DNA from: a virus | Lineage: Duplodnaviria > Caudoviricetes | Strand: one strand, 5' to 3' | DNA length: 64,000 nucleotides | Virus record (IMG/VR): IMGVR_UViG_3300035498_000371 | Coordinates: 128,001-192,000 of that record | Shown here: piece after piece, positions 1 to 10,600 of the stretch | How the letters are laid out: every line of letters starts with the position of its first letter | Numbering within the stretch: the first letter of the stretch is position 1 | The notes under the pieces: generated by a model | Told to the model about the DNA's origin: nothing | Databases searched by the model: none | Seen by the model: only the letters and a program-made list of their open reading frames with translations | Translations under genes and position numbers: made by a program

Positions 1-1
1 A

Positions 2-871
2 ATTATAAAATCTAAAGAAGATAATGTCTATCTTCAGTCTTTGGATAAAAAAGGAAAGCTTGAAGTTGTAACAAATGACCAATTAAATAGCCAATATGTA
101 CAGCTCACTCCAGATGCGTTTATGAATATCATGTCTACAACCTCTAAAGGACCTAACGGAGACGATATTAAAGATGTATTTGTTTGTATCCATAAATCAG
201 CAGAAATGCTAAAGAATCCAGATCCGCATATGGTTATAAGACAGAATTGCCTTAGTAATTCTAAAGGCGGTTTCGTAAACACTATGGATGTTTATGTAGG
301 AGATTGTTATCGTGATGATGCTCTTATGGCTGGAACCACAATGAGAGATATTATGGAGTTCGATAAGATTGAGAATACATTCTCTGTAGGTTTATACGTA
401 GATGATACAATGACCACAATTTTTAAATGTATTCCACAAGAAATCGATAAGAAGTTTGCTGATATATTGAAAGGCATCAAGGCATCAAATAAGAGTAAGA
501 TGGTTAAAGGCTTTAGCCTTACATTGACGGAGCTCTTAAATGATAATAATTTCATGCTCAATTATAGAGCGTTGTTTAATATCCTACAGGTTGACTTTCC
601 TATAGTTATAGATGAAAGATCAACTAATCATGAGGGTAATATTGTACTCAATAAGAAGCAGCAGAAAAAGCTTGAAGACGCTATAGGACAATATATCAAG
701 GTTATAGCTGTAATCAAGTATGATAGAGATATCGATATAGCAAAGATCGTATCTTATAATCACATTATGATTTCAGATAAATCTGGTATTATTTATCTTA
801 TAGCTTACCAGAAGATTGGAGATTATAAAGTAGATAACGATATTGCCGATGCTTTAGGGATCACGCAGTAA
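2..871 (+). CDS. Hypothetical protein, 5'-truncated by the window edge
   Basis: The frame is open from position 2 to TAA at 869-871; the track's TTG start at 41 is probably internal. No recognisable motif. Confidence 0.7.
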   Translation: MIKSKEDNVYLQSLDKKGKLEVVTNDQLNSQYVQLTPDAFMNIMSTTSKGPNGDDIKDVFVCIHKSAEMLKNPDPHMVIRQNCLSNSKGGFVNTMDVYVGDCYRDDALMAGTTMRDIMEFDKIENTFSVGLYVDDTMTTIFKCIPQEIDKKFADILKGIKASNKSKMVKGFSLTLTELLNDNNFMLNYRALFNILQVDFPIVIDERSTNHEGNIVLNKKQQKKLEDAIGQYIKVIAVIKYDRDIDIAKIVSYNHIMISDKSGIIYLIAYQKIGDYKVDNDIADALGITQ

Positions 872-980
872 TGTGTAATTTTATAATTTACCAAACAGAT
901 TTATAATTATATATCATTACTATGATATGAGCAAGGAAACTTGTTTATATAAAAAATATTTTATAAGGAGGAACACCGAT

Positions 981-1838
981 ATGGGTACCTTAAAAAACGT
1001 AACAACTTCAGCAGAGACTGAAGAGCAGAACACACAGGCAACAGAACAGCAGCAGGAGAAGATGGTAGGTTCTATCCCTGCAAATTCGGCTTTCGAGTTT
1101 GAGCCGACACCGTTTGAATCTTTCGGTAATATTACGAGGATTACAAACAAAGAGCTTTGCGAGATCATCAAAGCAAAGTTCGGAGCTACATTCCATGATC
1201 TCAGGGGTGTAATGATTCATTTCGTCAATGGTCAGTGGATTACAGAAATGTATTTCGAGGAGAACGCAGATCAGATCAAGCCAGGACAGATTAAGAATTT
1301 GGTAAGCCTTACAACAGGAAACACCAAAAACGATAAGTCTTTCCTTCCGGGTCAGCAGCGTATCTACAGCAAGCTTAATGGCAAGCTGTATACGATCAAT
1401 GATGAAACAAAGTTACTTCTTTCAGACTTCATGTATGGTGGTCGCAAGGCTAACAACGTGAATGATAGAAAGAAATGGGATCAGAATATTCATCCGATTG
1501 ATATCGGTATGAGGGCTGGATATGGACAGCATCCGTTCTATCCGACCAACGCACATCAGGTATTCATCCAGGTCACGGGACTTGATTTGCGTAAGTTGTT
1601 AAGAGATGCAGTATTTGGACCAAGCATGGTGACAAAGACCGTAACAAATGGCGATGGTACAATGGGCAACGTAGTAAGCAAAGCTTTCTATGAGCCGAGA
1701 TACATTAAGCCACTTCCTGGCGTAAACGAAGTATTCGTAATGAATATCGAGCAGTTCGACAAGGATGCCGTTGAGAAATACGTAGCGATCGAGAATCCTA
1801 TGGTCTATGCAGCGCCGAATGGCGTAAGGTTCTTCTAA
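981..1838 (+). CDS. Hypothetical phage protein
   Basis: ATG at 981 preceded by AAGGAGG; upstream promoter-like motifs at 894-906 and 910-917; followed by a terminator hairpin. Confidence 0.8.
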   Translation: MGTLKNVTTSAETEEQNTQATEQQQEKMVGSIPANSAFEFEPTPFESFGNITRITNKELCEIIKAKFGATFHDLRGVMIHFVNGQWITEMYFEENADQIKPGQIKNLVSLTTGNTKNDKSFLPGQQRIYSKLNGKLYTINDETKLLLSDFMYGGRKANNVNDRKKWDQNIHPIDIGMRAGYGQHPFYPTNAHQVFIQVTGLDLRKLLRDAVFGPSMVTKTVTNGDGTMGNVVSKAFYEPRYIKPLPGVNEVFVMNIEQFDKDAVEKYVAIENPMVYAAPNGVRFF

Positions 1839-1852
1839 AGAACAATTCGTAA

Positions 1853-1902
1853 GAACCAAGTTGCTGGGATGAGCAATAATGCTCATCCTGGCGTTGGTTT
1901 TT
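1853..1902 (+). terminator. Rho-independent terminator
   Basis: GGGATGAGCA-ATAA-TGCTCATCCT stem extended by AACCAA/TTGGTT, followed by a T-run. Confidence 0.8.
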
Positions 1903-1932
1903 ATAAAATTTTTTAATGGAGGCAAATATATT

Positions 1933-2112
1933 ATGAGCGTAATAATATCATTAACATTTTCTGGAATTGCTTTAATTATTGACGTATTAGTATTAGTTAA
2001 ATTAGTTAAAGCAACTAAAGCATTAGAAGATATCAAAGACTGTTATATTGACGTTAATATGGATACTTTAATGAGAGATAATGAAGATCCATTTATTGAC
2101 CCTACTAAGTAA
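1933..2112 (+). CDS. Small putative membrane protein
   Basis: GGAGG SD before ATG at 1933; hydrophobic N-terminus VIISLTFSGIALIIDVLVLV. Confidence 0.6.
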   Translation: MSVIISLTFSGIALIIDVLVLVKLVKATKALEDIKDCYIDVNMDTLMRDNEDPFIDPTK

Positions 2113-2180
2113 TATAATTTAACAAATTAGATTACTTATTAGTAAAATATTATATCCCAATTTTAAGGAGGAACGAAGCG

Positions 2181-2564
2181 ATGGCAAGAAACAATGGAAA
2201 TAGTGATGATTTTTCTTATGAGGTTAACGGAGATTTTGACTTCGTATTAGAGGAAGGGCAGAATTCTTCTGTAAGATTAAGAAAGATATCATGGAATGGC
2301 AGACCTGAGAAAGTAGACATAAGAAAATATGCATATGAAGAAGGTAAAGAGAAAATGCTTAAAGGTATTTCTTTATCTGATGATGCCGTAGATGAAATGA
2401 CTGGAGTATTGGTCGAAAACGGCTATGGAGATACAAAGAGAATTCTTCGTGGGTTAAGCGAGCGCACAGAGTTCCAGGATTCGCTCGATACAATGAACGA
2501 AGATGATGATTTAGACGACGATGGGTCGGAAGAATACTATGATCCTTCGGAGTTGCTAGGTTAA
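2181..2564 (+). CDS. PC4/YdbC-like single-stranded DNA-binding protein with acidic C-terminal tail
   Basis: LRKISWNGRPEKVDIRKY...KGISLS resembles the YdbC/PC4 pattern (L.lisWNg...kyDiR.w...KGitL); acidic tail DDDLDDDGSEEYYDP; strong SD. Confidence 0.7.
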   Translation: MARNNGNSDDFSYEVNGDFDFVLEEGQNSSVRLRKISWNGRPEKVDIRKYAYEEGKEKMLKGISLSDDAVDEMTGVLVENGYGDTKRILRGLSERTEFQDSLDTMNEDDDLDDDGSEEYYDPSELLG

Positions 2565-2577
2565 GGAGGAAACTAAA

Positions 2578-2940
2578 ATGCTTGGAAGAGATACAATTCC
2601 CAAAAGCAGTCCGATTAAAATCGAGCCAGTGTATGACACTGGCTCTCCTGTAAAGGAGAATTTAATTATTGCATCAGATGCCGTAACTACAACTGAGGAG
2701 ATTAAAACTTTTACTGAAAGCAATAGTGCATTCAATGATGTAATAGTGACAGCGCCTGCAAAAGAAGAACTTAAGGATACTGGAACCATAAATATAGGTG
2801 ATAAATCTGGTGGTTTAGATATCAGTACCGCTACAGATTGTATGATTTGTGGTAATGCATTCATGCAGGATTGGCAGCATAAAGAATACAATACATGCCC
2901 TAAATGCAGGGAGAAGATTAAAAATCTTATAGGAGTGTGA
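2578..2940 (+). CDS. Hypothetical protein with C-terminal zinc ribbon
   Basis: CMIC...CPKC near the C-terminus; strong SD. Confidence 0.7.
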   Translation: MLGRDTIPKSSPIKIEPVYDTGSPVKENLIIASDAVTTTEEIKTFTESNSAFNDVIVTAPAKEELKDTGTINIGDKSGGLDISTATDCMICGNAFMQDWQHKEYNTCPKCREKIKNLIGV

Positions 2941-2945
2941 TAGGT

Positions 2946-4007
2946 ATGGCGCAAGATTATAGAGTAAACTTAGAGGGTTTATTATACAGCCATTATATAA
3001 AGTATGATAAGCTTACTGAGTTACTCAACTCTATACCTGACAATATAGAATCTGATAAGGTAGATATCTATATTGACGTTTATGATATGCTTAAAGCGAT
3101 GTATACTAGAAATATCTATGCTGAAAAGCAATATCTAATCGTATCGGCTGTAATTAATATTGCAGCACATATGCGAGGTTATTTTTGGACAAGGTTCGGA
3201 ATGCTTACAAGAATATATCTTGTATATGGAGAAGACTTAACGATGAACCATAAGCAGTTTTATCCGACTTTTGGTGATGAGAAATTTAAAGAAACGTTGG
3301 ATTATGATAAGAATAATGCAGTCGTTACCACTCAGCTTGAGATGGTAAGACTTCTTTGTGCTTATATAAACGGAGTATACTTTATAAAGAGATCAACAAA
3401 CTTTGCGATGTTTACTTACGATAATATCATGAAGAATAGAGAGATCCCGTCCATTATAATATCAAAGTCTAAATATGCTTACCAATTACCAGCGTTATTT
3501 AATAACGTTTATCTCTTAAGACCCCAGAAGGGTAATGGAGAAGATGTATCATATTTAATCTATCATAATATAGCGATAACTAAATTTTTTAGTAAGAGTA
3601 TAAATCAGAAGACTATAGAGAATTTAGTTAAGATCAATCCTGAACTATTGAGTGTTCTCATTGCTCTTACAGGATTTCCATCTTATAATATGAAAACAGT
3701 TTGTAATATTACAGTAGCATCTAGAATGCTTGCAGATGCTGTAACAAGCGGTAGGATTATTAATCGTTATAATACTGATATAGATTATGTGTATAATGCA
3801 TTAGAAGGATTAGATAAATATATCGATCCTGTTACATTTAAATACCGATTCAATGCAGTGGATTTAGTATTCCAGCATAGGATTTATAATTCATCTGCAG
3901 AGGCAAGAGACATAACGTGGATAGTAGATCTTGAAAATAAGTTTGAAGTCCAGAGGATTAACAATCAGTATTTCATTGATAATCCTTTAGATTTAAATAA
4001 TCTTTAG
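2946..4007 (+). CDS. Hypothetical protein, possibly a degenerate PIN/FEN-like 5'-nuclease fold
   Basis: Long ORF. The pattern IYIDVYDML...IYLVYGED loosely recalls the beta-strands of T4 RNase H/FEN; weak call. Confidence 0.45.
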   Translation: MAQDYRVNLEGLLYSHYIKYDKLTELLNSIPDNIESDKVDIYIDVYDMLKAMYTRNIYAEKQYLIVSAVINIAAHMRGYFWTRFGMLTRIYLVYGEDLTMNHKQFYPTFGDEKFKETLDYDKNNAVVTTQLEMVRLLCAYINGVYFIKRSTNFAMFTYDNIMKNREIPSIIISKSKYAYQLPALFNNVYLLRPQKGNGEDVSYLIYHNIAITKFFSKSINQKTIENLVKINPELLSVLIALTGFPSYNMKTVCNITVASRMLADAVTSGRIINRYNTDIDYVYNALEGLDKYIDPVTFKYRFNAVDLVFQHRIYNSSAEARDITWIVDLENKFEVQRINNQYFIDNPLDLNNL

Positions 4008-4024
4008 AAGGGAGAAATGCATTT

Positions 4025-4339
4025 ATGGTTAAATTTAAATATAAGATAGACAATGGCTTATTACCATTGGTTCAGAATCTTATAATCGATTTCTATGACA
4101 ATACGTTCACAGGATATCTTCCTGAGGGATTATCTGGTCAGATGCAACATTGTACGTTATTTATTGTATGCGAGTTTGAAGAGATTAATTCGACTCAGGT
4201 TTATAAGAATCCTATAGTAGTAGTGGCAAGGAATGATGGGCAAGCAGTTCAAATCTATCAGGAGGTTACCGGAAATATAGGTTTCGTTCTGCATAGAATT
4301 TCTGAAGACTGCTCAAAGATCAAAGTTGAAGTAGAATAA
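4025..4339 (+). CDS. Hypothetical protein
   Basis: ORF with SD, in operon-like context. Confidence 0.7.
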   Translation: MVKFKYKIDNGLLPLVQNLIIDFYDNTFTGYLPEGLSGQMQHCTLFIVCEFEEINSTQVYKNPIVVVARNDGQAVQIYQEVTGNIGFVLHRISEDCSKIKVEVE

Positions 4340-4353
4340 ATGGAGGAAGAATA

Positions 4354-4938
4354 ATGACAACCAATTATTTAGTTACACAACAAACAAACCTTATTACGTT
4401 TGATGATATCAATATTACATGCTTTCTTAAGAGAACAGAAGAAGAACAGAAGACTGGAGAATCTTATACAGTATTTAAGAAGATTTCTAATCTTGCAGCA
4501 TTAACAAACGAGAACAATTTTTTTAATATTGCTTCCATTGTGTCTTCTGTAGAGATTGCTTGTACATTGCCTGACGGGGCTAATATCAATACAAAAGATT
4601 CTGAAAGCTTGGATAAAGCATTTGGTCTTATGTATAAGAAGGTATCAGATGAGGATAATAAGTTCTATATTGAGATTCTTATCGAAAGCGATATTGCTGC
4701 AGCAAGCAATATATTCAATGAGAGGATTAAATCATATGAAGATGTAGATGAGAAATCTGTTTCTGTATTCCAGATCGGCTCTATCATGAAGACTGATGCT
4801 AATGAAGAGTTTCTCAATAATAAGAAATTTAGTATCTTAATCAAAGAGCAGAAGATTTCTAACCTCTTCATCAAGAAAGGCTTAGACTCATTCAAAGAGT
4901 TCAACAGAAAAGTCTACGGCTGTGTATTGGAGGGTTAA
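4354..4938 (+). CDS. Hypothetical protein
   Basis: ORF with GGAGG SD. Confidence 0.7.
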   Translation: MTTNYLVTQQTNLITFDDINITCFLKRTEEEQKTGESYTVFKKISNLAALTNENNFFNIASIVSSVEIACTLPDGANINTKDSESLDKAFGLMYKKVSDEDNKFYIEILIESDIAAASNIFNERIKSYEDVDEKSVSVFQIGSIMKTDANEEFLNNKKFSILIKEQKISNLFIKKGLDSFKEFNRKVYGCVLEG

Positions 4939-4940
4939 TT

Positions 4941-5378
4941 ATGACTGATGCAGAAATGGAAGAACAGAAGAAAGCAGCTAAGTTTGTATTAGACTGTGAG
5001 TTATGTGGAATAAATATTATATCTGCAGACGAATGCGGCTCTGGTATATTAGATCGTTATCTTACGGTGAAATTTACCATACCAGAAAACTTTTCAGTTG
5101 ATACCAAAATCTTAGAAGAAAGTTTTGGCCATGCAATTGCTGCTCCAATGCAATTAAGTCAGCAAGATCTTATAGATCACGTCAAGAATTACTTTTATGA
5201 GACAATTGCAGATGATAATGGTACTATTGACGAGAACGATAAGAAATTCTTTAAGTTCTTATGTAAAGTTCGTGAGGGAGAAACATGGACTGCAGAATCT
5301 CTTATAAATAAATTAAAAGAACTTGAAGAGAAGGAAAAACAAATACGGGAAGCTGCAGAAGGTTGGAAGGATGTGTAA
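4941..5378 (+). CDS. Hypothetical protein
   Basis: ORF with GGAGG SD, tightly packed after the previous gene. Confidence 0.7.
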   Translation: MTDAEMEEQKKAAKFVLDCELCGINIISADECGSGILDRYLTVKFTIPENFSVDTKILEESFGHAIAAPMQLSQQDLIDHVKNYFYETIADDNGTIDENDKKFFKFLCKVREGETWTAESLINKLKELEEKEKQIREAAEGWKDV

Positions 5379-5381
5379 TAT

Positions 5382-5648
5382 ATGAATGAGATAATTGAAA
5401 AGAAATCATGGGAAGAGTTTCGTGATAACGGCTTCATATGGTTTGTAAACACTCTTTTGCATATATTTGGTTGGTGCCTTGTGGTGGAGATGGGCGACGA
5501 AACAGATAAGACTAAAATTACATCAGTTTACCCAGCAAGAACCAAATTTAGAGGATTCAATGAAAAGTCTAATGAGGCAGGTTATATTAAACTCAGTCAA
5601 TATATGAAAGAGAATGCTGAAAAGCTATTAGAGGAAGCTAAGGATTGA
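5382..5648 (+). CDS. Hypothetical phage protein
   Basis: ORF with SD, followed by a terminator. Confidence 0.7.
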   Translation: MNEIIEKKSWEEFRDNGFIWFVNTLLHIFGWCLVVEMGDETDKTKITSVYPARTKFRGFNEKSNEAGYIKLSQYMKENAEKLLEEAKD

Positions 5649-5654
5649 TAATGT

Positions 5655-5690
5655 ACGCTAGAGGAATTTTCCTCTAGCGTTGCATTTTTT
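5655..5690 (+). terminator. Rho-independent terminator
   Basis: ACGCTAGAGGAA-TT-TTCCTCTAGCGT followed by a T7 run. Confidence 0.8.
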
Positions 5691-5736
5691 GATCATATAT
5701 TATATCTTAAATAAATTGAAGGAGGTTATAATTTTA

Positions 5737-6630
5737 ATGAGCAAAATTGACGAACAGACAAGAATTCATATCGAAAATTCTCTTCGAAGAAAGAACGGTC
5801 TAAGTAAAGTAAAGATTGCTGAGAAGTATGGTGTATCTTATAATACCGTTTCTAGAGTAGAAGAAAGTATTGGTTTGAGAGGTGAAAGGAAGCACAGTAG
5901 AAAGATAGCAAAAGATGAAACAAATACTCAGGAAAATCAGAGTATTGAAAATGAACCTACAGTAATTGATGCTAGTTTATCTAGAATTGATTTAGAGGTT
6001 GGCTTAATAGCCGATAGGCATAATATGCCTGTAAATAAGTATGTATTCAGCAGAGCAATGGATTCAAAAAGTATGTTTGATTATGGGTTTATGGATTCAG
6101 TAGTATCTAAATTCTTATTAGAGAATATGTACGACGATAGTGGTAAAGTAAATAAAAATCTCATACTTTATACAACTGGATTAACTTCAGCAACATCATC
6201 TGTAATTAAAATGTGCTCACAGATGGGTATTAATTTAACGATTAAGCATTTTAACACAGATACAAGAGATTATGAATCTCAGATAGTTTTTAGAGATTAT
6301 GGTAAAGATCCAATAACAGCAACATTTCCATGCGCTAATGATAAGATTTACTTCTATGATGGAATTGATACAGATTACATAAATAAAGCCTATAGAGGAG
6401 ATGATGTTTTATTTGTGGTTAAGGATATTAACAAAGATGATTCTATTGTTTCTATTCATGTATTCAAAAATATGGATAAAGCAAAAGAGATATTCTTAAC
6501 TCTTGCAGGAGAATCTTTAGGAATTAATAATAAGAAATGTCTTACATTGGAATATGGAAATATCGGCAGGAAGGGATCTTATGGAAGAAAATCTATTTGT
6601 TTAAGATGCTGTAATTTTGCCGAGTATTAA
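5737..6630 (+). CDS. N-terminal HTH protein with a central CARF-like (Rossmann) domain
   Basis: HTH motif LSKVKIAEKYGVSYNTVSRV; central RHNMP...LILYTTGLTSATSSVIKMC...LTIKHFN resembles the hhhxTGG strand-loop-helix of CARF-type domains. ATG at 5737 after AAGGAGG; TATATTAT motif upstream. Confidence 0.5.
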   Translation: MSKIDEQTRIHIENSLRRKNGLSKVKIAEKYGVSYNTVSRVEESIGLRGERKHSRKIAKDETNTQENQSIENEPTVIDASLSRIDLEVGLIADRHNMPVNKYVFSRAMDSKSMFDYGFMDSVVSKFLLENMYDDSGKVNKNLILYTTGLTSATSSVIKMCSQMGINLTIKHFNTDTRDYESQIVFRDYGKDPITATFPCANDKIYFYDGIDTDYINKAYRGDDVLFVVKDINKDDSIVSIHVFKNMDKAKEIFLTLAGESLGINNKKCLTLEYGNIGRKGSYGRKSICLRCCNFAEY

Positions 6631-6650
6631 TTTGGATTTTTATAATGATT

Positions 6651-6694
6651 GCAGGGAGCTATTATAAGCTCCCTGTAGTATCTTTTCATTTTAT
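6651..6694 (+). terminator. Rho-independent terminator
   Basis: GCAGGGAGCT-ATTATA-AGCTCCCTGT stem followed by a T-rich tract. Confidence 0.7.
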
Positions 6695-6744
6695 TTTTTA
6701 ATTTATAGACGTTCCTACATTGACGTAATAGGAGGTGTTTAAGA

Positions 6745-6915
6745 ATGGCTACTAAGACATATAAGAAAAAAGAAGACTTTTTAGATAAACTGATGTCGAT
6801 GACTGATACTGAACTAAATGACTTCATTAAGAAGTATGGTAAACCACCGAAGCCATGTATAATGTGCTCCATAGTGGATAAAAACAAGCCTAAAAGGGTA
6901 TCTGAGGGTGTATAA
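6745..6915 (+). CDS. Small 56-aa protein (not in ORF track): MATKTYKKKEDFLDKLMSMTDTELNDFIKKYGKPPKPCIMCSIVDKNKPKRVSEGV
   Basis: AGGAGGTG SD and its own promoter motif TACA-TTGACG-TAA (6716-6728); ATG 6745, TAA 6913-6915. Confidence 0.75.
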   Translation: MATKTYKKKEDFLDKLMSMTDTELNDFIKKYGKPPKPCIMCSIVDKNKPKRVSEGV

Positions 6916-6998
6916 AAATATACCCTATAATACATATGCATAAAGAATATACGGAACTATATATTCTAAAATATTTCATTTTTAGGAGGTAAATTAAA

Positions 6999-7550
6999 AT
7001 GAGCGATGTTGTAAGAGTTATGGAGCTTGTAAAGACTATTGACCAGAATAGATCACAGGCTTCTGCATCAGCAAAGGACGAAGTTACAGTAATGAGAGCG
7101 ATGCTGAACGATGATTCATATAAGGTAGACGTATATGGTCGTTCAGGAATCGAAGGGCAATTCTGCCCTTACGAAGAAGCAAGAACACTGGCTTCTAATA
7201 TTATTAAGGGCGCAGCAAATATTAGCGGTAATGAAGCTACAGAGCTTGCTAATAACTATGAGTTTGGTAAGCAGGATGCTACTATCATGGTTGGGCTTTC
7301 TAAGGAATTCGTTAATACATACTTAGAGACTGGAAGAAAGCTTCCTCTTGGCGGAAGAGCAACCTCTAATATTTCTATCCAGAAGAAGGTTAAAGAAGAA
7401 ACAGTAAGCAGCTTCCCTGTTAAGGTTGGCGTGAACAGCGACGGAACGGATAAATATGAGCATAGTGCTGGCAAGGTTATTCCTGCGCATGGCAGTCTTA
7501 AAGTATCAAGCCCTGCACCATCATGGTTAAAGCCAGAGGCTAAGAAATAA
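6999..7550 (+). CDS. Putative HU/IHF-like DNA-binding protein with N-terminal extension
   Basis: The C-terminal half (EFVNTYLETGRKLPLGG...ISIQKKVKEE...KVIPAHGSLKVSSPAPSWLK) follows the HU pattern (aL..GekVql.gfG.f.vr.r...ieIPA.kv.F.p.k.LK). Confidence 0.45.
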   Translation: MSDVVRVMELVKTIDQNRSQASASAKDEVTVMRAMLNDDSYKVDVYGRSGIEGQFCPYEEARTLASNIIKGAANISGNEATELANNYEFGKQDATIMVGLSKEFVNTYLETGRKLPLGGRATSNISIQKKVKEETVSSFPVKVGVNSDGTDKYEHSAGKVIPAHGSLKVSSPAPSWLKPEAKK

Positions 7551-7574
7551 TATAAAATAAGATTGAATAAGTTA

Positions 7575-7600
7575 GCCCCCATGGAGAAATCCATGGGGGT
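7575..7600 (+). terminator. Terminator hairpin
   Basis: GCCCCCATGGA-GAAA-TCCATGGGGGT. Confidence 0.75.
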
Positions 7601-7618
7601 GTATATTTGCAAGTTTGT

Positions 7619-7631
7619 GACATAATAGTAA
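7619..7631 (+). promoter_or_regulatory. Late-type phage promoter motif (N)ACA-N6-TAA
   Basis: GACA-TAATAG-TAA just upstream of the SD of the 4,181-aa gene; the motif recurs upstream of at least 18 genes. Confidence 0.7.
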
Positions 7632-7657
7632 TTCAAGCAATAAGGAGGTGAACCAAA

Positions 7658-10600
7658 ATGAAAGGTGTCACAAACTATCTTAAGAATGTAACTAAATCTG
7701 TTGCTTTCTCAGCGATGGACGTAGCTAAATCAGATATGGCACCAGATGTCATTGATTTCGCCGAAACTAATAAAGAGCTATTCGTATCAACTTATGCTGC
7801 TCTTAAGAATCCTAAGACTGCTGTAAAGAAATCAGTACAGGCTATTCAAAGTTCTAAAGTTTATCAGGCTGTAGATTATGGAACCAAAAACTTATTCCAA
7901 GATTTAAGGACTGGTAATTTCTATAACAAAGAAAGAATGGCTAGAGACGAGGCTCGTCTTGCAGGTCTTGACGTTGATGACTGGAACGATCTATCAGAAT
8001 TTGGTGTTGATGATGATTGGGAAAGTAAATCCTCAGGAAGCAGTAAATCTGCTTCCGAAGTTACTGCTGGAGATATGGCAATCGTATCTTCTATAGAGGG
8101 TTCTAATGCTGCATTAGCAAATGCTACAGTAAATGCTGTTGTTGGTAGTGCTGATAGTATTAATAAGAATGCTCGTATTAATACAGCTATGCTGTATACT
8201 CAAAATGAAAAACTATTTAATGGTCTTAATAATAGTATTGGTGCTCTTAATAGTACCATGAATGCTATATTTAAGGTTCAATCTCAGGCGCTGCAGAATA
8301 TGGATAAAAACATGTCTACATATTTCACAGAGTCTGTTAAATTAGATACTGAAAGAAATGCTATAATGAAAGAGATGCTGGAAATGCAGAGGAATATGTA
8401 TAAATCAGCATCTGACAAGGAGAGGGAAGCTGCTAATAAACGAAGCGGTTCTAAGAAAAAGTTCCGTTGGGGAGATATTTCTAGCAGCGGTATGCCTGAT
8501 TTGGATAATTATATCTCTTCTGTAAAGAAGAATATTAATGATCAGATTTCAGGTATGGGAATTCCTGGATTCTCTGAAGACTCTAATATGCTAGCATCAA
8601 TGATGGTATCACCAATGAAGTATGTTACCGATTACGTTGTTAGTGGATTAATCCCTGCAACTATCAAGGAAGCTACTAAAGAACTTAACGATTCTATTAC
8701 TGGCATCTTTGGTAATATTATTGGTATGCTCGGTAATGCCAGAGCTAATAACGATGGTGGTATCATGGGCATGATAGCCAAAATATTTGGTGTAAATACT
8801 AGTGTAAACAGAACCATCGATGCTACAAAGTATGAGAAAGGCCCAGTTCCATTTGATGGTCTAACTCGTAAAGCAATTATTGATGTTATCCCTGCGCATC
8901 TTAGAAGAATTGAGGCTGCTCTTACAGGAATGCCAGAGCAGATGTTTGACTATAACTCTGGTAAATGGATTAAAGCCAGAGATGTAAAGAAGCAGTATGA
9001 TGATATTCGTAAGAATGCCATAAGGAGTGGTACATCTGATTTACGTGCTCAGATGAATCCTGCATTTAGAAAAGTTGCAGCAAGTAATAAAGCCGATAGA
9101 GAAGATCTTAATGAAGCATTCAACGAATTAATGGAGTTTATCTATGATAATAATGGTAGATTTAATCCTAATATATCTGCTGCTAAGAATAAAATAGATC
9201 CTGTAAAGTATAGACATCTTGCAAATGATAAGATTTATCCTATAATATGCACAGTATTTAAGAATTTTGCTTCTACTACAAATGAGCGTGGAGAGCAACG
9301 TACAGCGTTCTCTAAAATGCTCGGTATTTCAAATAAAGTTCTTTCTGCTAAAGACGCTGAAGAGAAGCAATATAGAGATATCGAAAATTCTGCTACTAAT
9401 GTAATTAAGCAGCTCATTTCTGAAGGCGGATTCGCTAGTTCAGATAAACATGGAGCTTGGAAGGTTAAGGATAAATCTCATCCAGACAAAGAAACTTTTG
9501 AAGCCTATAATAGTCTTACAAGAGTTAAAGATAGATACGATAATACTGTATTTGATTATTTACAGAATGTAAATAAAGAACTTACATGGATGCGCTTAAA
9601 CTGGGCTCATTCTATTAATATTAATGGGGGAGGAGGATATTCTTCACGTTCTGGTAGAGGTAGAAGAAGTGGTAGAACTGCTTCTCCTATAGTTAATAAT
9701 TCCCCTATGGTTAGCTTTGATAAGATAGATATTCGTAATGCTAATTATAAAGCACCTACAGCTAATAGCAATTATGGAAATGCTGCAGATACAAGAGCAA
9801 CAAATGAAGCTATAAGCAAGATCGAAAAAGGAACTGCTGTTGATTTTAGAGATTTCTCTGTTGATGAACAGCAAGCTTTATTACATTTAGCAGCTCTTAT
9901 TAGAGATAATAATACGAGTGAATATAATCAAGCTACAAGAAATGCTATAGATTCTAATGCCATTTCTAAATTCATCGATCAGCACTTCATTAAAACTGAT
10001 ACTACTACTTTAAGAGATATCGAAAGACGTAGTAGAAAAGCTGATGAAGAAGGTAAGAATACTGATGAGATTGATTACGGTGATGCTAAAGAGAAGAATT
10101 TCGTTACCAAGATCAAAGAAGTAATTGGTCAGTATGGTTCTCTTGGAGGCGCTATCGCTGGTGCTGGAACTGAAGCTTTTAGAAACGTTTTATATACTGC
10201 TGATAAAGCTATATATGAAATGATGTATAAAGCAGAGCTTAAAGTAGACGGCGAAGATGGAGCAAAGAAATATGAAGGTTTCATGGATATGATAGCTGGT
10301 AAAGCTAAAGAAACCTTCGATGGCATAAAGAAATATGCCGAAGATAATATCTTAAAACCATTTAAAGAAAAACTTGGCATTGGTGAAGACTTCAAAGACC
10401 GTTTCAAGAATTCATTCAAGAACATGGCTAAGGCTGGCGGGAAAATGTTTCTTGATGCCAATAAAGAAGTTTATAGACCTCTTTACAATGCCACTATTGG
10501 AGACTGGAAACAAAAGAGCCAAAGCAAAGTAGCAATGGCTACAACCAAGAAGAGGTTGCAAAATAAATACTATAAAACTGGTAATAAAAATTATAAAGAC

